A stretch of 64,000 bases of DNA from Orbicella franksi. Lineage: Eukaryota. Position numbers and translations under genes: made by a program. The stretch is from NCBI GenBank assembly GCA_964199315.1, contig OZ116698.1, positions 24,056,001 through 24,120,000 on the forward strand, written 5' to 3'. Below are positions 12,357 through 23,900 of the stretch, one piece after another; the stretch's first letter is position 1, and each line of letters begins with the position of its first letter. The notes beneath the pieces are model-generated. The model searched no databases. It was not told the origin of the DNA and was given only the letters and a program-made list of their open reading frames with translations.

Positions 12357-14334
12357 AATGTAAAATCAAGTAATTAAATTAGATTTCCATTTTGAAGTAA
12401 ACTTTATAAAAAAACTTTATGAGTAAAATTTACTAAAAAAGCTTACTCGCACAACTCGAAAGAAAATACAAATGTAATTATAGCTGAATCCCCATAATTT
12501 TACGTAAGACGCGTCTGCTAATTGCTGACTTGATGACTCATTTCAGCGGGAAAGTCCCTCAAGTATGACGTCACGGCACAGCTATGCCGCTCTACATCAA
12601 CTTCCTGTTTTTCTGAGAAATGTCACGCAGTAAGATATTCCAGCACGTATGCATGCCAAATAATCCAGAGAAAAGACAAAATAGTTGGTTCACGACTTTT
12701 TCAAAACTACTGCATTTATTCATAGATTTGACTAGCAAATAAAACAGAGTTTTCAATCGACTTTCTCATATTTTGATTCCAAAAAAGCATATAGTTTTCT
12801 CAATTTTATTGTCATATAACTGAAACAAAATCGAGTGACTAAAACCAAGCTTGTGACCAAAACAAAACTTGTCGCAAAGAAATCAGTTTTTTCAAAAACT
12901 GATTCCGTTGCGCCAGGTACAATACTACTCTTAAGACATCATTGTTTTAAAAACGTTATCGCTTATGCTTGCATTATGTGCCGTTTATATTTAACAATTA
13001 GACCGTGAGCACGAGATTTCTATAATTTAGAGAAAATTTTGCCACTATGAGGACGACTTCAGTGACAGTGTAGGATAGCTGAGCCAATCAGATTGCAACA
13101 TTTGCATTAGCATACTTACTAGCAGAATTTTGCTAATGTTTGCTAGTCACAATAAGGCTTTGGCTTTGTTAATAGCACCTGGTTTATACTACCTCGAAAT
13201 AAAGAGTTGCTGGACTTTTCATGGCACTATTATACATGTAGCACATAATCTCTAGTAAATGCATGATTGTAACGGCAAGTACAAAATGTATGTGTTTTAT
13301 GACCAGTAGGAAATCGAAGAACAGTACATACCGTACAAATACCTATTGTCTTCGATAGCAGCGGGGCGTCCTACACGACACCGAACCATTTTGGTAGCTA
13401 ATGAAAGTGTGTTGTCAACAACATCGAAATACAGTTTCCGAGAAATGATCTCACTGAGAGTTATACTCTGGTTAAGCCAATTTTGAGTGCCGCTTTGCAG
13501 CTAAATCATAAATTTAGCCCGCGGTTTTCGTGTGTTTTTTAAGAGGCTCAAAAGAGAGCCCTCGAAACTTGTGCTTTTAATACGCTTTGTTATGAACATC
13601 TCGAACAATCTTTGTTTGTGAACAGCTCATTACACGTTGATTAGACGCCCTTTAGACCATTTGTTCGCTGTTTACTGAATGGAGTTAGAATCAGTTTGGT
13701 CTGTTCTGAAGACCTTGTGGTCTTGTGAGGAGAAAGAGGATTATTGGCTAACATATCGTAAAGAATTTGTTACGTACTGTTAAAAGATCGGTTATGATGA
13801 CAATCGTCTTCCTAGTAGTGCGGTTTTGGCTTTTAGGAGACAACGAAGGTGACCTTTGGTTTTGAAGGAACAAAATATGGCGGTTTGCGGAATGTACAAC
13901 CCCCTATAAAAGGTCCTCCTCACTGGTAGCGGTCCTGTAGGAAAGCGATATTATGGCTGAATGTACAGCCAAATAGCAATCTTTATCAGTTGAAAAACTG
14001 CAGACGTAATTTGAAATAGTGTTTTCCTTTTTCAGCTTGGAAGCTTAAGGCCTGGTTCCTGAGAAATAATTGTTCTCACTTTCTTTCATGTAAAAAGTTA
14101 TTCCGTCTTAGCACACTGAGAATTCTGTGTTCACTTTCAAAAGGAAGTACGCATTACTGATTTCGAATAAGGCATGACTAGGTTATGAACGTTTTCTTCA
14201 ATTCAATTACTGAATAATTGAAAACACGTCTCTGTTTTCACGGGACTCCAACTTAGTTCTGTTTTGGTTAATTATAAGTCCTTGGAAGAATCACTAGTGT
14301 GGTACGTATTCATCTAAACAGAATGCATTCTTAC

Positions 14335-14584
14335 CTTTTTTAAAGGCAGCAACATCTGGGGATTCCGCAGTCTTTTGGAACAGAACGTCCACCACAACGC
14401 CATGTTCCCTCTGTCGGAAGTAGAATGGTCTTGACAGCTGCTGTTCAAACTTTTCATTGACTGGATAGTTGGTAAGAACACGTCCATAAGGCGCACGCCT
14501 CAATCTGGGTTCTCGCACATCTAACTTGTAAAGATGTAAAGGAGATCCGCCATCGTCCTCGCGTAATGCAGACGTTATGTCAAC
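14335..14584 (-). CDS. Exon 2 of the LLTP-domain gene (rest not found in window)
   Basis: AG acceptor at 14586-14585; in frame with exon 1: VDITSALRED...LYKLDVREPRL...LSRPFYFRQREHGVVVDVLFQKTAESPDVAAFKKG; GTAAG donor. The PF-x-F...G-x-V...F...KxG pattern is typical of the LPD_N beta-barrel. Confidence 0.75.
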
Positions 14585-15245
14585 CTACGTGTGTTTGAAA
14601 AAGACAATGATTACTCCTACAAGGAATGAGGTACATGTATGATTGGAGAGGAGTACACGGAGCCGCTCTTTCGTGGCATATTTAGAAGGCACGCAACATG
14701 GAATTGCGAGCCTCATCCCCCAATGTGCATGGCTTTTATCTGAATCATGCACGTCATTTACATTGTTCGTTGCTGTTATTATTGACTTACAGAGCATGAA
14801 GCGGTCAAATTTAGGAACATACACCGGACAAAGTGGTTTTAGGTTCTAAAACTTTTAAGTGGCACCATTCAAATAAAAGCAATTGAGTGTTTCTACCATC
14901 ATCGCTCCCACTCTGGACAAGGGGCCCAACATGTATTTGTTTTTAAGACAATAGACAACAGGTTGCAGCGATACCTGTAATCCCCCCCCCCCAAATGATG
15001 CAAAACACATATAAAATTAAAGCGACAGGAAAGGTGCTGATTTGCTTTTCGTTTTCTCTATATTTCATAAGTTAATTTTTGCTTAATTTTCACTACTCGT
15101 GGGAGTAAAAGTGTCTCTGACATTTTCCTGTAATCGAAATCAGGCCGATGTAAACTTTCTCACTTCTATAAACAAATCTAGGCCGGGAATTTTGCAATCC
15201 ATCGCCGTCATCCAGTTTTGCAGATGTTTATGCATTTGTACTTAC

Positions 15246-15449
15246 CAGAGCATGAACTTGAAAGCCATCACTCTCGGTTGACTTGGAGCCTCGAGCAGTA
15301 TGAACTGCTACCTCGTAAGAATAAGTGCATTTGGAATTTTGGACAAACGAAAGTCGCTTTTCCTTTCGCTCTTTAGAAGCTGCTGTAGTTTTGCTAAAAG
15401 TTGCTGCTGACAATTGCAATAACAGTAAAAGCCAGCAAAGCCAATCCAT
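15246..15449 (-). CDS. Exon 1 of a secreted large-lipid-transfer-protein (vitellogenin/MTP N-domain) gene
   Basis: ATG at 15449; signal peptide MDWLCWLLLLLQLSAA; CTYSYEVAVHT...SDGFQVHAL; GTAAG donor at 15245; phase 0. Confidence 0.75.
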
Positions 15450-17580
15450 TGTCACTGCTTCCTCATCAACTGTTATTACGCAAAAGGCGCTCTATCTTCA
15501 GTGCAGTTCAGGGAAGGAAGAAAATCGATACAAAGATAGCAAAAGGAGTTAAACCGGTCAACATAGCTTCGTGACTGGATATAATTGTATCATCTACTGC
15601 TATTACGATGTCATGGGTCACACATTTTTCAGCAGTTTTATACAGGATTTGCGTAAATCTTTGAAAGGACAATTGTTCAATGCAGACAGAAAAAGCCTAC
15701 AATCTACTCGCTGTTGATTATGAAATCATTTTGTTTTGTTTCTGGTTAACTTTGTGCCGGTGACGCCCTCTTAACAACTTTATACATTTAATAATTACCA
15801 AGTACCAGGTATTTTCACTGATACCTCAGTGTTTCTATCCGTGCGTGATACGGAACTGGTCGACGGAATATGTTTGGGCCGGTATGAAAATTTAATCTTC
15901 TCCTGAACTAATGTTGAGTTTGATAATCCAGTTTAACCCTTTGCCTATCTTGCGGAGTAGTCTTAAAAGTGATACAAATTCGTCTGGATTCAGCCAAACT
16001 TTGGGTTTGTTTTTTAAGTCGAAATACATTTATTTCCCTACAGAGTTTACAAAGATCTTAGGTCTGCATCCCTTCATACATGTAGTTACATTTAGTAACT
16101 CATGTACAGGATTCGCGTCTGTGTTGTATCAGCTTATGATAGGGTATTTATATGTAAATAGCGGGCAGTTTTTTGTTTTTGTCTCATTTTGTGCGACTAC
16201 GCTGTCAGGGGGACAATCCAAACTTCTGATTAATATTATCATTTCAAGAATAAGAATGGCGTCGGCGTTCTTTGTTTTTGTCTCATTTTGTGCTACAACG
16301 ATGTCATGGAGTCAATCCACACTCGTGTGCAAAATAATCATTTCGAGAATGAGGATGGTGTATCAGGCCTGTACTTTATGCCTACAAAAAGTCACCTGTG
16401 ACTGAGCAGTAGGGTAATTTTGATTGTTTTTGTATCTGTGTTGCATTCAAACTGCCAAATTAACTATGGCTCTGAATTTTATTCTAAGCCCGCCCATCCA
16501 CCCCCGGGCATTTATCGGGTATTTTTCGAAAAAATGTTGCAAATGCCCCACGGTGGGACCAGCTCAAGAGTACAAAACACCTGGAACTTCCAGAAGACTG
16601 CAAACTCCCGACTCATGGGATATGGTAAAAAATCTTATTTTGATGATTGCCGATGGAAACCGGTCTCTTTTAAAAATTCTTATTGAATGATAGCAGCAGC
16701 CAAGCGTTCACAAACTGACCTCTTTCCGTAAAATTAATGTATGGAATTTGAATCCCGAAATATCTGTGATACTACGTAAGATACTACATAAGGGAACTTG
16801 CTTATCAAATTTCAGGGATATAGCCTCGCTAAGAAAGCCGCAGTTATAAAGATTCTCAGTTTTCCACGCTTTTTTTCTGTGAGCTACACTTCGCCGTGCA
16901 GCTGTGAAATAAAAAATTTAAAACGCTCAATCGCTGGTCCCAGAGTTCTCAACGTACGGTAATTTTTACTGTAATTTTTGCCATGTTTTCCCCCAGCGTG
17001 CCAAAAACTGTAGACAGGTCTCTTAATTTCCCCCCGCATCCCGGAGACCTCTCGTCCCCCAGTCTGCGTTTCTAGACATTTTCAACCTGTTGTAAATCTC
17101 GTAATCTATACTGCTGAATTTTATCCTTGTGAACGTTTCTATTGTGTGCTCTAGTATAAAAGAGGTATTGTAGAAAAAGCTTTAAAACAAAAACACGATC
17201 AAAAATAACAGTCTTTTTACAGTTTGAAGTGTTAATTTTGTTTCAATGTGAACCATCCACTGGCGCAGTTGGCACTTTTACTAAATTAGGCTGGTATTAA
17301 TATGCGCTCTTCGACTTGAGTAGAAATCAATACTCTACCTAATTGATTTAGTTCGTGTTTTCGGTAAACAGGTAAATGGGCTTATACGGTGTCAAGAGGG
17401 TAACTGTTAATTTTAATCCACTCCAGGAGGTGCTGCAGTTTTTAAGATCTCCTTTCGCTAAGTTGTTTTACGCATTTTTGCCCGTATTAGACAATCAGAC
17501 AGCTGCAGTATCGATTGTAGGTCTCAGGGGTTCTTCTCCGCTCGAGGACGGCGAAACTTCTAAAACTTCTCACAAAAAGG

Positions 17581-17962
17581 ATGACAAAAATAACGACCAT
17601 TTTTGCCTTGCTATGCATTTTCATGCTCTTTGCTGAAACATGCGCTTTCTGGTCAAGAAGAAGAAGACGACGACGTAGATCCCCACCACCACCACCAGGG
17701 CTTCCACCACCCTGTACACCCCAAGATTGCGTACTCAGCACATGGTCATCCTGGAGCAGCTGTTCTTATCCTTGCGGAAATAGTGGTATTATTTCGAGAA
17801 CGCGATACAAAATTAGCGTAGAGAACTCTTGCGGACGTTGTTATCCGTTACGCGATGAAAATCCGTGTAATAGAGATAAATGCAATGGAACAAGCAGTAC
17901 TGGTTCACATAGTACAGGGTGTTATTGTAGAGCGGGATATACTGGAACTTGTTGCCGAAGCG
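17581..17962 (+). CDS. Giant gene exon 1: signal peptide, R8/P-rich segment, TSP1, EGF-like
   Basis: [22 protein letters not shown]; [12 protein letters not shown]...SRTR; [12 protein letters not shown]; GTAAG donor, phase 1. Confidence 0.9.
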
Positions 17963-20900
17963 GTAAGCTTTAAATAATTTGGCTAAAAATTCACGAGTGT
18001 CACAAATTTAAGGGTGTTTATACCATAGCTTCATTTTTGCTCATGGATGACGTAGTCATTCCATGAGCTTAGAAGGCACTCCAATGGCACTCACTCCCTC
18101 GATTCTGATTAAACATTTTTTTTCTCCTACCTCCCCTGCTAAGTATTGTTTTTGTCCCAAAGACTTCGGTGCATATGTTTGGCTAGTTTTATGGGGGTAC
18201 TACAAAGGCGTAAATTTTTGTCCAACAACATGGCGCAACGTAGACTGCAAAACAGTCGTATTTTTTTGCGAACGCGAGCGACGGTCAATATTCGAACGAA
18301 AGGTACGGAGCGAGTGTAAAAACGGCAAGGGAGAATGGGGAGAGACGCTAAAAAATACGGGCATGTGAGGCTCGCGCGCTTCACACGCGAGGATCGCGCC
18401 TACGGCGCTTTGCGCCTTCCGAAAACGTCCGAAAACGAGTGTTTTGCCGTCTAGATGCAACGTGGCACGGAGGTCATGGGTTTTTGTTCGATCTGTAAAC
18501 AAGGATTCCTTCGTGGGTTGAAAAATGGGAAGTTATTACGCTAAGGGACATGAGCTGCGACAAATCGACATCGAAATCCTAAAAGCGACAATACTTGCAT
18601 CGAAATCTTAAAAGCTACGACCTCTATCGACCGTGGTCTGTGGACGAATCGACGGAATCGTTTAAAAATGTTTTTATGTCACCCGGAGGAGGAATGAAAT
18701 GAGTTCCGTGTCATCTGGAAGCTAAGGTAAGCCTCCTTGTTGTATCATTTTGTTTTCTTTAAAAGCTATAACTGTAAGAGCACTTTTGAGTACTAGTAAT
18801 TAGATTGTTTCGTCCGGAAACTGCTCGATTCCGAAAATAGTCATATGACAGAGGACACGGAGAGCTGTTATTCGCCATTTTGTGTCCCATTTTGTGGGGT
18901 GTCTGGAAAACCCGAATAGCGAATAGCGAATAGTCGCGAATAACGAATAGCGAATAGTACGAATAGTGCGACTAGTCTCGAATAGGAGAATCTTTGTTTA
19001 CAATATTTGCCTCATTGCCATGAGCGATACAGTTTCTGATGGAGCTACAAAGAGATTAATACTGACCATAGAAAGGGCACAGCACGATTTACTGTCCTAA
19101 GGAATTTGAGCGCGATTTATTGAATACTTTTTGTGCGACGAGGGTTTAATAGCTCAAAATTTTACACAGAATGTATGAGCTCATTAGCGCTTTTGCCACA
19201 CAGAAATTTTGATGTTTTTGAAAGCCAATTTCTCCTCGAACATTACACCCAGAGAGCCAAAAATTTCACCACTTACTAAGTTTCACAAGCTCTTTAAGTT
19301 TTTCTAGTAAAATCGTGTCTAGCATGATGCCTTCTATGCGCAAAGTCATATGTTAATGAGGAAAAATGTGAACAATGACGTCAGCAAAGATTCGCTTATA
19401 GTGCGAATAGTGGCGAACAGTGGCGAAGAGTCGCGAATAGTGACGAATAGTTGTCAATAGTCACCGCTTTAGTCCAGCACTGATCTGGATTTGTTCAAAT
19501 TGACCAGTTAGAGCAATAGCATTTATCTGCAGACGCTGATAAATTCGACCAAGCATGTTCTGTGAAAAAAAAAAACAAACAATACAAATACAAATGTGAG
19601 GCAAGTTGAATGTGATAAGTTTATTAACTGAAAAGACACAAACGAGCTTCTCTGATAACTGGCTATAAAAACAAAAACATCTAAGCTATATCTTGCGTTA
19701 ATTAATTATTCAAATAAGCGACAGAATTTCAGTGAATTTGTTACCTTTTCTTCTCAGGACTCAGGCTAGGGCTGTCCATCGCCGACATAAAGAAAACAGA
19801 AAACACAAGGATAACCTAATGAAGACATATTTACACTTTTGCAGCGGTGAAAACAGAAGAAATTACGTTTAGAAACACCTTTTGTCCTGATTAGAGTCTA
19901 TGCTTTTTAGCAGGAAAATCCCATCCCACGTTACTGTGAGGTTGACTGTGAGATACTGGGTACCTTATTTGCTTCTATTTGTTACTACTTGTGACTGTTT
20001 GCTGCTATTTGCTCTATTCGAGGCTATTCGCGCTATTCGTACTATTCGCTATTCGCTATTAGGAATTTGACTATTCGTTATTCGCTATTTGCGACTATTC
20101 GCTATTCAGGTTTTCCAGACACCCCATTTCGTGTCATTGTTGGGTGTTTTCCTTATAGAGTTGACTTCTTTCTGTCAGCGATTTATATTATCGATTGATG
20201 CTATGGATGTAGTTTGTACTGGAAATGCTAATAACAAGTCTTTCGTATATTCGGAGACATATTAACAAATTGAAATCAGCTTTTTATGCGTCTGTCCTCT
20301 TATTGATGATAAATTGCGTCATAGCATTGTCAAAGTGGCTGTGGAACCACAAGCCACATAACTTTGACAATGTTATGACGCAATTTAAAATCAATAAGAG
20401 GACAGATGCATAGAAAATTGATGTCAATTTGTTTTTTACAATAACAAGACCGCAAAGTGGCCAAATGCCGGGATAAATGAGAGGAAAAGACGCTGTAAAC
20501 TTGCTGTAAACAAAGATAACTGAATTTTATTCAAAATGACATGAACATTGTCAATAGCTTTTCTCACATTTTAATTGGCTACTTAAAAAGTCCATAAAAT
20601 ATCATTGGTTAAAAAGTTGACAGTTTGACGGCTGAAAGTTTACCTTGAAAGTTTGCATAAATTAAAATTTTACCCATCTGTACTCTTATTGATGATAAAA
20701 ATGAGCCAATCAGTATGCGGGAAATTAGACAGTTATTGTAAAAACCATTATCGCAACCCTCGACTGGCCGGGATACGTGTAATTCTCTAGGCCAGGAGAT
20801 GTGTAGCTTCGTGTAGCTTCGAAGAAGCTTACATCGAGTTCCCCTCTCACTGCGACTTAAATGCTACAATTGTGGAAAACGAGATTGAGAGAGAACTGTC

Positions 20901-23900
20901 AAATACTTATCAAACTTATGCCAAACGAATGTCAAATAATCTATACCAAATAACAAATGTCAATTACCACATGCTGAACAACTGCAAAAGAACAAGAACA
21001 GCTCTGCACTGCATATATATATTCTTACTATGAATGAAAACAATATAAAGGTTAGTGAGAAAGTTAAAAGTGAAATGGGCAGACTAAGAACACAAGCAAG
21101 CCTTGTGCCTTTAGCAGTGTTACAGACTGACAATTCACTCCAAACAAAAACAATCTTGTTTCAGAGTGTTAGGTCTCTCCTACCCCACATAGATGATGTG
21201 CAAAGTGATTACAACATTCCAAAAATAGGTGCTTGATGAGCACATGAATCCATAGTGGTAGGTAAGTGGATTAGGAATCTCTGCAGGACTTGAGTTTAAT
21301 TCAATGTCTCCAGATAACAAAAGCTTCTTTTCTGACAAGAGGTAGTTCTTATTATCAAACTGAAGTCGGACAAAAATTCTGGATAACATTTATAATTCCT
21401 ACCAGAAGAGAGACTGCAAACAGTCGTATTTTTTGCGAATGCGGGTGACGGTCAATATTCAAACGAAAGGTCTGAAGCGAATGTAAAAACGGCGAGGGAG
21501 ACTGGGGAGAGACGCTAAAAAATAAACAGTCATATTTTTTGCGTATGTGGGCGATGGTCAATATTCAAATGAAAGGTCCGAAGTGAACATAAAAATGGCG
21601 AGGGAGAATGGGGAGAGACGCTAAAAAATACCACAGTCCGACATGCATATGTTAAATTCGTTCAAAATCACCTGTTCTTCCAGCAACGGGAAATTCCCAT
21701 TGGTTTAATTCTGACGTAACCTGTCATCAAATGTCACTCACACCTCATCAAAAAGATATAGACGCCGTATCAGTTTCACTGTAAAGAGAGTAATTCTCGT
21801 GGGAAAATGGAAGACGTTGACTCCACACTTGCGAGCGATTTAGCAGTGGTCCACTCGTAAAAATTATCATTTTACTCTCAGTATGAATGGCTAGCTCACT
21901 AAATACATTGGCAATATTCCTTGAAATTAATAACTGAAGATGGACAGGTCGGGCTTCTCAACGGCCACTGGCATGCATGAATGACCCTGAGAGCAAGCAA
22001 ATATACTCGCAAACAAATGATTTCTGCACGTATTTGTCTTGGGGCTACGGACTGAACGAGACTTAACGTCTTATAAACCTGATGATTTTGTAAGGTAATA
22101 AGTTATAAGTTTTATAGGATTAAGTATTGTTCAGTCACGTGCAGAAATAATTTGTTTGTGTGTAGATTTGCTTGCTCTCGGGGTCATTCATGCATGCGAA
22201 TGGCCGTTGAAAACCCCGACAAACGTCTTCATTCATAGATTTCAAGGAATATTTAATGGCAATGTATTTAGTGAGCTAGCCATTCATACCATAAGTTGTG
22301 GGTGGAGCTGTCAAGCAATTTCTGTCACCTCAGTGACATTATACGACCCCCGCTTGGAACGAATTCGTTGTATGAAAAGCCGACAGTCATTTTCTCGCCT
22401 CACACGCCCTATGGGTGTGTGAGGCTTGGGCACTTCACACGCGAGGATTGCACTTACGGGACTTCGCACCTTCCGAAAACGTCCAAAAGGGACTGAAAGG
22501 GCTGAATAATCCCTCGAAAGGGTTGAATAATCCCTCGAAAGGGATTTGAGTTTCCTTGAGAGGAATGAATTACCGCGAACAGTGAATTCCTGATTACTGT
22601 GCCATTTGAGTCACCCAGTGATGTAACTGGCCTGATTGCAGATTCTGTTCTACATTGAGCAATATTGTTTTAAAATTTGAGTGCATGGCATTAATGTCCT
22701 CTGCATCACAAGCAACATTAGGGACCTTTATACGATGCAAGGACGGGAAGGCCAAGATGGGAATGCCGGTGGACGCGGGAAACTTTCGAGTGCCATGTAG
22801 CCAAAGACGGTGACGTCAATAACTCTAGCTCCATAAAAGCTTTTCACAAAACCAATGACATCCCTTTGAGATAATGTAGAAATATTATCCAGTTAAGCTT
22901 TAACGATGGTGAAGAGATGACACGAAACTTACTCTTGTTTAGATAATTATGTAAAGCAAACCTTCCTGATCTGTCGGTATTTGACTTTTAAAGAATCCAG
23001 AATTTCCATGTGAAGAATTTATGTGAACGATCTTTGTATCAACCTGGTTCAGATAGCTTTTTGTTAGCAGAGCGTTTTAGAATCGATCCTGCCTGTACAT
23101 GTAGCTGAAACAAATATTTATAACAAACATTACGTTGAGTTCCGAGTTGTATGAAAACATGAAATAAACATCAATTTGCAAATGTGCGTTTTATTTGCTC
23201 GATAGCTGCTTTGAAGGCACGTAACAATCGTATTTCCAATCAAAACCTTTTGGAAACCACCCAAAATCATGCAAGATCATTCGAGAACAATGTTTTGGCA
23301 CATTCGCTGATAGCTGTACGTGGTTATATCAGAAAAAATAGAAAACTTTGTCTACTCACCAATTTGTGTCACTTCAAAGAGTGTGGGAAAACGAGTCTAC
23401 AATGTTTTATGTACGGTTAGCAGTTAGAGATCGTAGTCATTGATAACGCTCCATAATGCTGTGCTTCTTCCAGTAAATTCGCATTTTTTTTTTCCATTTT
23501 GACAAGCAACTCGCTCTTACGAACATTGACAGGTTTGACCAACCAAAAGTCTACCGAAAAATCAATCGTGACTAATCCTCACATGTTTTGTTCCTCTCAA
23601 TCGTACAGTCGGTCATTCGGGCATTAATTGGGAAGCAATCTTCGCACATACCAAGTTTGACTAAGTACGAATATTCTTTTGTTACACGATTTTGGTTAAC
23701 GGACACGCTCGATGACATAGAATCCATGGCCCTTGAGCCATAGATTCAAAAACTGATGTCAACATTTTTGTTGAATCAAAACTTTGCTTGTCAGATAGAG
23801 ATGATGCATATCAGCTTCCTGAATTTATGCATAACAGAAATGACTTTAGTTAGTCTAACGTAAGAACTTGCTATAGAACAGCTGTGTACATTAAGAATGA

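Noticed and set aside
12700-12935. ACTACT at 12706-12711 and 12924-12929 as the Polinton right terminus
   Set aside because: The other end is outside the window, so no TIR or 6-bp TSD can be verified. The second site is followed by C-TTAA and may belong to another transposon.
13300-14150. Candidate exon 3 of the LLTP-domain gene
   Set aside because: The minus-strand AG sites I tested gave early stops or peptides with no lipid-transfer similarity.
15911-16405. 164-aa hydrophobic ORF with an internal repeat
   Set aside because: Arises from a ~100-bp tandem duplication of T-rich DNA in the intergenic region; no domain signature.
18896-20125. CRISPR-like array (short repeats); the same idea was considered for 57826-57935
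   Set aside because: Repeats are 7 or 21 bp, contiguous, with no unique spacers and no cas genes; eukaryotic transposon context.
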